A stretch of DNA of 64,000 nt from a bacterium (GTDB lineage Bacteria > UBA8248), in NCBI GenBank assembly GCA_022825065.1, contig JAJDYR010000022.1:97021-161020 (forward strand). Direction: 5' to 3'. The notes under the pieces were generated by a model. That model was not told where the DNA came from. It did not search any database and worked only from the letters and a program-made list of their open reading frames with translations. The position numbers were made by a program, and so were the translations under genes. Below, one piece after another: positions 49,010 to 57,018 of the stretch (within the stretch, counting starts at the first letter, position 1; the number at the start of each line of letters is the position of its first letter).

Positions 49010-50071
49010 ATGGCATCCACGATGAAAGCAATGCGGCTTCATGAGTTGGGCGGATCGTTTCAACTCGAAGAAGTTCCGGTGCCCCAGCCGGGTCCGAACG
49101 ACGCGCTGGTGCGGTTAAAGGCCACGGGCGTGGGCCTCACGCTGGTCATCATGCGCAACACGCCCGGCCTGGTGGATGAGTACCCCCGAATCCTGGGGCA
49201 CGAGATCGCGGGCGAGGTCGTCGAAACAGGCTCTCACGTCACGAACGTGGGCGTGGGCGATCACGTGACGTGCCACTTCTACCTCACCTGCCACAACTGC
49301 CGGTACTGCCGCAGCGGGCGCGAGACGCTTTGCGAGAATTTCCGGGGCTACGTCGGCCTCGTCATGGACGGGGGCTACGCCGAATACACGTCCGTCCCCG
49401 CCGTGAACCTGTGCAAGATCCCGGACGGCGTGAGTTCGCTCGACGCCTGCGTGGCGGCGGACGCCATCTGCACGCCCTACCACAACTGCGTTGCCGAGGC
49501 GCAGATAAAGCCCGGCGACGTGGTGGCTATCGTGGGCGCGGGCGGCGGCGTGGCGATTCACGCGGTGCAGATGGCCCAGGTGTGCGGCGGCCACGTGATC
49601 GGAATCGACGTGTCCGAGAAAAAACTCGATATGGTATCCCAGCTCGGGGCCTTCGCCACCCTGAACCCCGCGCAGACCGACACCGTGGAGGAAATCCTCT
49701 CCCTCACCGACGGACGCGGGGTGGACGCCTACATCGACTACGTGGCCTCGCGCGAGACGCTCGAAGCCGGCGTGGCCAGCATCGGGCGCGGGGGCAAGCT
49801 GGTGATCGTGGGCTACCGACCGGCGGCGGCATACAACAACGTATCGCCCAACTTCACCGTCGACCCGCTCCAGCTGCTCACCTACGCGCAGGAGATCCAC
49901 GGCTCGCGCTATTGCTCTATGGAGGAGCTCAAGCAATCGCTTGAACTGATACGGCAGGGGAAGATCAAACCCGTCGTCACCGAGACTTATCCACTCGAGG
50001 AGACCGAAACCGCCTTCCAGGCGCTCTTGGAAAACCGCGTCACCGGACGCGCGGCGGTGGTGTTCGACTAG
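49010..50071 (+). CDS. Zinc-dependent alcohol dehydrogenase (MDR superfamily)
   Basis: 'GHEIAGEVVETGSHV', structural Zn 'CHNCRYCRSGRETLC', Rossmann 'VAIVGAGGGVAIHAVQMAQ'. Confidence 0.8.
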   Translation: MASTMKAMRLHELGGSFQLEEVPVPQPGPNDALVRLKATGVGLTLVIMRNTPGLVDEYPRILGHEIAGEVVETGSHVTNVGVGDHVTCHFYLTCHNCRYCRSGRETLCENFRGYVGLVMDGGYAEYTSVPAVNLCKIPDGVSSLDACVAADAICTPYHNCVAEAQIKPGDVVAIVGAGGGVAIHAVQMAQVCGGHVIGIDVSEKKLDMVSQLGAFATLNPAQTDTVEEILSLTDGRGVDAYIDYVASRETLEAGVASIGRGGKLVIVGYRPAAAYNNVSPNFTVDPLQLLTYAQEIHGSRYCSMEELKQSLELIRQGKIKPVVTETYPLEETETAFQALLENRVTGRAAVVFD

Positions 50072-50122
50072 CTCTCATACGCGGAGACGCATTCGTTTTC
50101 ATATTCCCAAGGAGAAATACCG

Positions 50123-50599
50123 ATGGTGGAATCCGTAGACAAGGAAGTGATGGCCAAACAGGAGCGCCGGGTGCGGGCGACGCGCGCGGAGGGCTGCCGG
50201 GTGGAGCTGAAAGCGCGCAAGCACGCCTTCGTCGCCGATGAACCGGCGCAGGGCGGCGGGACCGACACGGGCCCCACGCCGCGCGAACTGGCGCTCGGCG
50301 CGCTTTCCGCCTGCATCACGGTCATCACGAACAAGGTGGCCGAGGGGCTCGACTTCAACGTCATCGCCCAGGAGGTGGAGGTGCGCGGCACGGCCGACCC
50401 CCGGGGCGCCAAGGACCCGGACAACGGCATCAGCCCGAACTTCGATTACGTGGAGGCGAAAATCCACCTGACCACGGACGAGCCCGAGGAGCGGGTGGCC
50501 GAACTCAAGCGCCAGCACCACGGGCGCTGCCCCATCTCCGCGCTCTACCGCGAGAGCGGCTGCGAACTCGTGGAGGAGTGGATCGTCAAGCGGCCGTGA
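50123..50599 (+). CDS. OsmC/Ohr-family peroxiredoxin-like protein
   Basis: 'GGGTDTGPTPRELALGALSACITV...HGRCPISALY' (the two conserved Cys). Confidence 0.75.
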   Translation: MVESVDKEVMAKQERRVRATRAEGCRVELKARKHAFVADEPAQGGGTDTGPTPRELALGALSACITVITNKVAEGLDFNVIAQEVEVRGTADPRGAKDPDNGISPNFDYVEAKIHLTTDEPEERVAELKRQHHGRCPISALYRESGCELVEEWIVKRP

Positions 50600-50616
50600 G
50601 GGGGGAAGTCCGCGCC

Positions 50617-50666
50617 GAAGGCGTCACCTTTACCCCCCTGACAAGGGGGGGGCCAGGGGGGTTGCC
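50617..50666. repeat. Family-A solo right half (right TIR plus the adjacent internal segment)
   Basis: 'gcgtcacctttACCCCCCTGACAAGGGGGGGGCCAGGGGGGTTGCC'. Confidence 0.6.
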
Positions 50667-50836
50667 TTTCAAGGGCGATGGTTTTCCGTGTACCCGCCCC
50701 TGCGGGTTCGTTTTAATTTGCGTGGTTTTTGTAGAAGCCGTTCGTGAACGGCCCTCCCCAGAAAAAGCGGGCGGTTCTCGAACCGCCCCTACGAAACCCG
50801 CAAACCCTGCCGGTTGCCGATACGCGCGCGGCGTAA

Positions 50837-50902
50837 GGACAACCCCTCGTGGTTGTCCCTTGCAGAAGGGGTCTTCGGACAGGCACGGTGGTCTGTCCCT
50901 AC
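50837..50902. repeat. Paired REP-like palindromes: family E1 (GGACAACCCCTCGTGGTTGTCC, 50837-50858) followed by family D1 (GGACAGGCACGGTGGTCTGTCCCTAC, 50877-50902)
   Basis: Read directly. The same E-then-D order recurs at 56943-57018. Confidence 0.7.
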
Positions 50903-50980
50903 AAACGAGAAAAGTTTTCGTTCGTCATTCCGGCGTCGGAGCCAACCAGTGCGGGGTTGTTGAAAAAGCCTTTACCAAAG

Positions 50981-51098
50981 GAGCACCCCCCCCTACCCCC
51001 CTTGTCAGGGGAGTAAGAAAGAGCAAACCCTCCACCACAGCGGCGAGGGGCGATGCCTTTTTTTACCCCCCTGACAAGGGGGGGTAGGGGGGGTTGCC
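50981..51098. repeat. Family-A MITE-like element, copy A3
   Basis: 'GAGCACCCCCCCCTACCCCCCTTGTCAGGGGAGtaagaaagagcaaaccctcc...gatgcctttttttACCCCCCTGACAAGGGGGGGTAGGGGGGGTTGCC'. Confidence 0.8.
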
Positions 51099-51377
51099 TT
51101 TCCATCCGAAAGGGGCTTCTCCTCTACCCTTGGCAAGGGGTCTTTTTAACAGCCCCGACGAGGGACGTCGCAGATAGAGCCGAAGGTTCGCCACCGACAT
51201 TGTAGGGGCCGCATACATGCGGCCCGGCCTTTCGCCGACAAAACACGGGTCGCATATATGTGTGGGGCGGCCCCGATGAGGGGCCGCCACCTACAGACCA
51301 CTACGAAGGTCGGTGGCCAGAATGGCGGGGCACGGCGAGCCTGGAGGCGGAGCGGGGCGCGAGAGAAACCTACGAGT

Positions 51378-51821
51378 CTACTCCACCTTCGCCTTCACGT
51401 TCTTTGCGAACTCGGAGAATATCTTGTTCGCCTGGTTCTTGATGACGGTGAAGCCCAGCGAGCCGAGCTTCCCGAACACGTCGACGCTCGAGTCGATGCG
51501 CACCTTCGTCTCGTTCTCCGAGACGGCCTCGAGCGTCACCTCGTTCTTCTGCTTGAGGCTCGCCGCGATTTTCGAGTCCTTCCCCTCGCCCACCGTGCGG
51601 ATGTACTCGGGCGCGCGGACTTCCTCGATGTTGATCTGAAGCTGAAAGCTCGCCTTGAGGAAACTGACCTTCTGCTCGACCCGCACGCCGTAGGTCGCGT
51701 CGTCTATTTTCTCCACGTCCTTCACGCCGGGCACGCAGGCGGCGAACTCCTCGACCTGCCAGATGAAGTCCCACACCTTCTCCCGGGGGGCGGCGACGGT
51801 AATCTCCTGGTTGAATTCCAT
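51378..51821 (-). CDS. SRPBCC-fold protein, CoxG family (carbon monoxide dehydrogenase subunit G-like)
   Basis: 'MEFNQEITVAAPREKVWDFIWQVEEFAACVPGVKDVEKIDDATYGVRVEQKVSFLKASFQLQ'. 147 aa. Confidence 0.6.
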   Translation of the reverse strand: MEFNQEITVAAPREKVWDFIWQVEEFAACVPGVKDVEKIDDATYGVRVEQKVSFLKASFQLQINIEEVRAPEYIRTVGEGKDSKIAASLKQKNEVTLEAVSENETKVRIDSSVDVFGKLGSLGFTVIKNQANKIFSEFAKNVKAKVE

Positions 51822-51931
51822 GTTGGGTGTCCTTTTTGCTCGGTGTGACGCGAAATGATAATCAAACGAGGGTATGATTCTAACAAGACGCGGCGTTTTA
51901 CTCCACAGACTCTCATCTTTCAGGAACGCAG

Positions 51932-52612
51932 ATGCCGGCCGAATCCCTCATCCTCTTCGCCAAACCGCCCCTCGCAGGCCGGGTGAAGACGCGCCTCGCC
52001 CAAAGCCTCGGGCGCGAGGGGGCCGCGCGTCTTTACGCGTGTTTCCTGAAAGACGCAGCCGAGACGGCGCGCTCGCTCAGCGATGCGAGGCCAAGCGCCG
52101 GCCTCGTCTGCGAGTGGACGCTGGAGCAAGGCGAATCGCCCGATGAGTTTCCGCTCACCGACTGGCTGCCCGGCGCCTTTCTCCACCGAATGCAGACGGG
52201 CGCCGACCTGGGGATGCGCATGGCGGCGGCCCTGGGCCGATGCCTGGCTTTCGGGAGACGGGCTGTGCTCATCGGCACGGATTTCCCGGATCTGCCGCAC
52301 GAGGTTCTGATAGACGCGTTCGAGAAGCTGGATTGCGGGGATGAGCCTACCGTCGCGCTCGGGCCCGCTGCGGACGGGGGTTACTACCTGATCGGGATGA
52401 ACCGGTTCGTCCCGGAAATTTTCACCGGCATCCCCTGGAGCACGGGCGAGGTGTTCCCGCGCACGATGGAGAAAGCCGCCGCACTCGGCGTCGGGACTGC
52501 CCTCCTTCCCGAGTGGCGCGACGTGGACGAGGCGGATGATCTGGAGGCGCTCAAGGGCCGCCTCTCGCAGGACGCCTCACGCGCCCGGCACACGCGGGAC
52601 TTTCTTGGCTGA
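51932..52612 (+). CDS. DUF2064 / TIGR04282-family protein (predicted glycosyltransferase-like)
   Basis: 'LILFAKPPLAGRVKTRLAQSLG...AVLIGTDFPDLP...GPAADGGYYLIGM'. Confidence 0.6.
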   Translation: MPAESLILFAKPPLAGRVKTRLAQSLGREGAARLYACFLKDAAETARSLSDARPSAGLVCEWTLEQGESPDEFPLTDWLPGAFLHRMQTGADLGMRMAAALGRCLAFGRRAVLIGTDFPDLPHEVLIDAFEKLDCGDEPTVALGPAADGGYYLIGMNRFVPEIFTGIPWSTGEVFPRTMEKAAALGVGTALLPEWRDVDEADDLEALKGRLSQDASRARHTRDFLG

Positions 52613-52691
52613 GCTACATTCTGTATTGCGCTGAATCCTTGGAGGTGAAAGGATTGCACGTCTAAGTCCGCCGAAAGATGAGGAGCACGCA

Positions 52692-53321
52692 TTGCCGAAC
52701 GAAACCGTCGTAGAAGCCACCTATACCTATTGCGTCCACTGAGCCTGGTGTCTCATCGCGACCGGGCGGTTGCGAACACTGAGCGAGCAGGCGGGCGGGC
52801 GCCTCGCCATCCGCTACCGCGCCTTTCTGCTCTCGCCCGAGCCGGACCACCGTCCGGCCCGCAAGGAGGCCATCATGGGCCACTGGGCGATGGCGAAAAG
52901 CCACCCCGGCGGCGAGGCGATCAACCCCGAACTCATGGCGCGCCGCGAATTTCCTTATCCTCATTCCACGCCGGGCGCGGTCGCCATCAAGGCATTCGCC
53001 GCCCAGCTCCCCGAGTGCGAGGGCGAGTATCTCGAAGCCGTGGAGCGAACGCATCTGGTCGAGTGCCTGAGCATCGACGACGCCGGCGTGCTCGTGGCCG
53101 CCGCCGAGCGGCTGGGGGCGGAGCCCGCGATGATGCGCGAGGTCATGGCCGACCCGGATATGGAAAAGCGCGTGTGGGCGGATCACGTCGAGGCCGTGAA
53201 CGCAGGCATCCAGTCCACGCCCACGGTCGATTTTGCCGGCAAATACAGGATCACAGGCGCGCAGCCCATGGCCATATTCGAGCAAACTTATGAGCGCGCC
53301 CTGGCCGATCAGGACACCTAA
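52692..53321 (+). CDS. DsbA/FrnE-like thiol-disulfide oxidoreductase, predicted selenoprotein. In-frame TGA (Sec) at 52740-52742 in a U-A-W-C redox motif. TTG start after GAGGAG. 209 aa including Sec.
   Basis: The frame is open from 52635 through the TGA into the tracked ORF 52770..53321. 'ETVVEATYTYCVH[U]AWCLIATGRLRTLSEQAGGRLAIRYRAFLLSP' aligns to the FrnE 'SDVVCPWCYIGKRRLE...VEVRWRPFELNP', with TGA at the first Cys. The C-terminal 'GIQSTPTVDFAGKYRITGAQPMAIFEQ' matches the DsbA-family 'GVxGVPTFVIxGKYxISGAQP'. Confidence 0.6.
52752..52783 (+). promoter_or_regulatory. Candidate bacterial SECIS stem-loop beginning 10 nt after the in-frame UGA. It has a 4-bp lower stem (CUCA/UGAG), a 7-bp upper stem (CGCGACC/GGUUGCG, including one G-U pair) and a GGGC apical loop about 22-25 nt past the UGA.
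   Basis: Base-pairing worked out by hand from 'ctcatCGCGACCgggcGGTTGCGaacactgag'. Confidence 0.4.
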
Positions 53322-53328
53322 ACCCACT

Positions 53329-54225
53329 ATGCGAGAAGGCGGCCGGGCTGCAAGAATAGTCGCCGCTCTGGCGGCCCTCCTGGTGCTTGCGGGCTGCGCG
53401 AACATCCGCGCCCTCTTCCTGCCCAAAGAAGAGAAGAAACCGGCGCTCGAAACAAAACGGCCACGGATGAAAAAACCCGAAGAGCCGCATTTTTTCCGCG
53501 TCCTGACGCTTCCCACTTACGACATGGCGAAAGAAGCGTATGACAAGACGGCCATCCTCGGGATCCCCTTCCGCAAGGTGGCCCTCGAGTTCAGGGATAA
53601 AGCGACGTCCATCCGCAAGGCCGAGCCCTCGGAGTTCAGCGTCGGCGTCCGGGCCGAGGTGCAGGATTTGAAACTCGGGGGGACGTCGAGAATCATCGAG
53701 TCGGACGAGGGGTTTTCCATCCTCCAGAAAACGACGAGCGCGCATTACGAACGCGCCCTCAAGCTCATGGAGAAGAAAAAAGACGAGGCCGCCCTCGAAC
53801 TCATCCGCCGCGACCTCGAGATCAACCCCGGAAATGTGGACGCCTGGCTCGCCCTGGCGAAGATGATGGACGAGGCGGGTGATCTGGAGGAGACGCTCGC
53901 CGCGTACGGGAAGGCCCGCGAACTCGACCCCGAGAACCCGGTCGTCTCCAACAGGTACGCCAGATACCTGGTCTCCCAGTACCGCTACGAAGAGGCGGAG
54001 AAGGTGCTCAAGGCGGCGGAGGAATTATCACCCGAAGACACGGGCGTGCTCCTGAACCTCGCCTCCCTGCTCGTCTACCTGAACAAGGAGCCGGACTTCG
54101 CCTCGCGCCTCATCGAGCGCGGCTCCAGAATCGACCCCGGCCGCCCGGAATGGTACCGCCTCTCGGGCGTGATTCAGAAACGAAGGGAACTCGGCATCGC
54201 GCCGAAAGCGAAGGGGGTGAATTAG
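53329..54225 (+). CDS. TPR-repeat lipoprotein. Lipobox 'LLVLAGC'. Start at internal ATG 53329, 7 nt after the DsbA-like stop.
   Basis: 'MREGGRAARIVAALAALLVLAGCANI', TPR-like 'NVDAWLALAKMMDEAGDLEETLAAYGKARELDPENPVV'. Confidence 0.5.
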   Translation: MREGGRAARIVAALAALLVLAGCANIRALFLPKEEKKPALETKRPRMKKPEEPHFFRVLTLPTYDMAKEAYDKTAILGIPFRKVALEFRDKATSIRKAEPSEFSVGVRAEVQDLKLGGTSRIIESDEGFSILQKTTSAHYERALKLMEKKKDEAALELIRRDLEINPGNVDAWLALAKMMDEAGDLEETLAAYGKARELDPENPVVSNRYARYLVSQYRYEEAEKVLKAAEELSPEDTGVLLNLASLLVYLNKEPDFASRLIERGSRIDPGRPEWYRLSGVIQKRRELGIAPKAKGVN

Positions 54226-54230
54226 AAACC

Positions 54231-54258
54231 GTAGGGACAGGTCGCGACCTGTCCCTAC
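54231..54258. repeat. Family-D REP-like palindrome GTAGGGACAGGTCGCGACCTGTCCCTAC (copy D2)
   Basis: Perfect palindrome read directly, 6 nt after the lipoprotein stop. Confidence 0.7.
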
Positions 54259-54343
54259 CACTCCTTTGTCTCTTTTTCCTATATTCCTGAAACCCTGCCT
54301 TTCGGCCGCTCTCCCCTTACTGGCCGGGGTTAATAGAATGGTC

Positions 54344-54484
54344 GTCATTCCGGCGAAAGCCGGAATCCATTTGTTTTGCCTTTGTTTTTTATTTCCTGAT
54401 TTCTTCCCGCCAATGACGAGGAAATGAAAAGCCGGCGTATTGTCATTCTGCTTTAGAATGGATTCCGGCTTTCGCCGGAATGAC
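54344..54484. repeat. Family-B TIR element, copy B3 (inverse orientation relative to B1). Immediately followed by the family-C palindrome C2 (54489-54516).
   Basis: TIRs identical to B1. The internal segment is the reverse complement of the B1 internal segment. Confidence 0.8.
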
Positions 54485-54602
54485 GGCTGTAGGGGCGGAT
54501 CGCGAACCGCTCCTACGGGTCGAACCCGACCGGAGAAGAGCCGCCCCAAAAACCCTCCTGGCAGAAGGGGTAAAAACCGCGGCGCGGCCTCTCGCCTGGA
54601 AA

Positions 54603-54719
54603 AGCAACCCCCCCTACCCCCCCTTGACAGGGGGGCAAGAAAGAGCAAAACCCCCTCGGCCCGGCAGGGCGCATCGCCTTTTTTTACCCCCCTGACAAGG
54701 GGGGGTAGGGGGGGTTGCT
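54603..54719. repeat. Family-A MITE-like element, copy A4
   Basis: 'AGCAACCCCCCCTACCCCCCCTTGACAGGGGGGcaagaaagagcaaaaccccctcggcccggcagggcgcatcgcctttttttACCCCCCTGACAAGGGGGGGTAGGGGGGGTTGCT'. Confidence 0.8.
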
Positions 54720-54918
54720 TTTACCTCCTGATGAAAAGGGGGCTTTTTCAAAGGCCCTTCTTCAGCCAGCCGACCCCTCCTTCCTCGTTCGCGTCAAACC
54801 CTCCTTCCACACTCGCGTTCGACCCCTTGGCTCCCCGCGCATGAATGCGTCATAATGCCGCCGTTCTTAAACCGCGCGAACTTACACAGAAGAACACCAA
54901 ATCATAGAGGGTATACGC

Positions 54919-56271
54919 ATGAGCGCCGAGCTTTTGATCAAGAACGCGAAAATCGTGACGCCGACCGACACCTACGAGGGCTGCGTCTATGTGGATGAGG
55001 GGCGGATCGCCGCCATCACGCACAAGGCCGAGGCGAATGCCGCGCGCGAAATCGACGCCGCGGGCCGGTACCTCCTGCCGGGCATGGTGGATGAGCACGT
55101 CCACATGATGGACCCGGGCTTCACCGACCGGGAGGACTGGACGACGGGCACCGAGGCGGCGGCACGGGGCGGCATCACCACCGTGATCGACCATCACCGG
55201 AGCGACCCGCTCGTCTACACGCGGGAGATTCTCGAAGACAAGACGGCCTACGTCGACTCGCGCTCGGTGGTGGATTTCGGGCAGTTGGGGGGTCTCGACG
55301 TCGACAACCTCGAACACCTGCGCCCCATGTGGGAGGGCGGCGCGCTGGGCTTCAAGGGCTTCATGTGCGATCTGCACGGCGTGCCCGACCTCTCAGAAGG
55401 CGTATTGTTGAACATCATGCGCGAGGTCAATTCTTTCGGCGGCACGGTGATGCTGCACTGCGAGAGCGATTCGATTCTCCGCAAATCGAAAGAAAAAATA
55501 GACGCCGATAACCGGACGGACTACATGTGCATCAGCGACTGGCGAAACCCCGAGAGCGAGTACGTGGCGACGCTGGACGCCGTGGCGCTCGCCGAACTCA
55601 CGGGCTGCAAGGTGCTGGTGGCGCACGTGAGCCAGCCCGTCCTGCTCGAAGCCATCCAGGCGGCGCGCGGGCGCGGCGCGAGAATTTTCGCGGAAAGCTG
55701 CCCCCAGTATTTCTATCTCGACCATTCGCATCTCGAAGAACTGGGGCCGTTCGTGAAATTCACGCCGGTCATCCGCTCGGCGGAGACGCGCGACGGCATG
55801 CGCGTGGCGCTCGGACGCGACATGGTGGACACCATCGGCACCGACCACTGCCCCTTCCCCCGCCAGCGGAAGGTGGACGGCCTCGAGAACATCCACGACG
55901 CGCCCTTCGGGATACCGGGCGTGGAGACGACGGTACGCCTGATGCTGAACGCCGTGAGCGAGGGCGTCCTGACGCTGAACCAGATGGTGCGGGTCTGCTG
56001 CGATCAGCCCGCGCGCGTCTTCAACATCCACCCCCGCAAGGGGTGCATCCAGGTGGGCGCGGACGCGGACTTCATCGTCGTGGACATGGACTTGGAGGAG
56101 ACGCTGCGCGATGAGGATATCGTCTCCAAGTGCAAGTGGACGCCGTTCAACGGCTGGACGATGAAGGGCGCGCCCGTGATGACGCTCGTGCGCGGCGAGG
56201 TCGTGATGGAAGACGGCGAGGTGACCGGACGCGCGGGGTACGGCGAGACCGTCGAGCGTCCGGGGGGTTGA
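54919..56271 (+). CDS. Cyclic amidohydrolase of the dihydroorotase/allantoinase/dihydropyrimidinase family
   Basis: 'LLPGMVDEHVHMMDPGFTDREDWTTGTEAAARGGITTVIDH' (HxH metal motif), 'TDHCPFP'. 450 aa. Confidence 0.75.
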   Translation: MSAELLIKNAKIVTPTDTYEGCVYVDEGRIAAITHKAEANAAREIDAAGRYLLPGMVDEHVHMMDPGFTDREDWTTGTEAAARGGITTVIDHHRSDPLVYTREILEDKTAYVDSRSVVDFGQLGGLDVDNLEHLRPMWEGGALGFKGFMCDLHGVPDLSEGVLLNIMREVNSFGGTVMLHCESDSILRKSKEKIDADNRTDYMCISDWRNPESEYVATLDAVALAELTGCKVLVAHVSQPVLLEAIQAARGRGARIFAESCPQYFYLDHSHLEELGPFVKFTPVIRSAETRDGMRVALGRDMVDTIGTDHCPFPRQRKVDGLENIHDAPFGIPGVETTVRLMLNAVSEGVLTLNQMVRVCCDQPARVFNIHPRKGCIQVGADADFIVVDMDLEETLRDEDIVSKCKWTPFNGWTMKGAPVMTLVRGEVVMEDGEVTGRAGYGETVERPGG

Positions 56272-56296
56272 GGGGACGCCCCCCTCGGCTTGAAAA

Positions 56297-56478
56297 CCAA
56301 CCCCCCCTACCCCCCCTTAACAGGGGGGCAAAAAAGACCGACTCCCCGGCAAGTGGGGGATATGAAAAAGACGACGCCCGCCGCCGGGCGGAGAGGCTTT
56401 GCTTTTTTCTGCCCGCCGCCGGGCTAGGGGGTTTGCTTTTTCTTGCCCCCCTGACAAGGGGGGGTAGGGGGGGTTGCC
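56297..56478. repeat. Family-A MITE-like element, copy A5 (about 180 bp; internal insertion)
   Basis: Both 33-bp TIRs intact. The internal segment is about 60 bp longer than in A3 and A4. Confidence 0.8.
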
Positions 56479-56942
56479 TTTGTCCCCTCACAAGGATGAC
56501 TTTCTCAACAGCCCCGCATGTATGCCCGACCCCGCAAAAACCGTTCTCTCGTTCCACTCATATGCAAACCGACTCCTGCTTCCTTCGTAATCGACTCCGC
56601 AATTGCCCGCATTTGCGCTTGCCGGAAGCCGGTCGCGACCGGCCTGGCAGCGGCATTCTCCTCTTGTTGGCGTTCCAGCCCCCGATATCCACTCGATATG
56701 CGAACTTCGCGTTTGGGGCGGACACACAGGTCCGCCCCTACAAAAGCGCAAACCCTCATTCATCAGCACTTTATCAACAGCCCCTCAAGGAGGGAGTTGA
56801 CTTCAAAAACGTGCGCTCCACCAAAATCGCTCCACGAGACTTGTTCAACACCCCCGAGGAGGGAATGTTCGCCGGAATGACGAACAAAACCGCACCGCCT
56901 CGCAAGGGGCTGTTGAAAAACCTTCGTGATGGTTTTGCAGCA

Positions 56943-57018
56943 GGACAACCCCTCTCCGGGGTTGTCCCGCCCTCCGTGGTTGTCCTTCGTCAGGACAGGC
57001 ACGGAGGCCTGTCCCTAC
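56943..57018. repeat. Paired REP-like palindromes: E2 (GGACAACCCCTCTCCGGGGTTGTCC with an extra GGTTGTCC) followed by D3 (GGACAGGCACGGAGGCCTGTCCCTAC)
   Basis: Read directly. Same E-then-D arrangement as at 50837-50902. Confidence 0.7.

Noticed and set aside
50578-51087. ORFs inside repeat islands encoding 'PLTRGGRGG...' or 'VIPAKAGIH...' peptides. Examples are 50578-51087 +, 54028-54648 -, 54440-54844 +, 56130-57023 +, 56147-56557 -, 39716-39934 + and 45148-45891 -.
   Set aside because: They are translations of the family A/B repeat DNA (the same peptide recurs wherever the repeat recurs). There are no SD/start contexts and no domain similarity. They are artefacts of the ORF caller.
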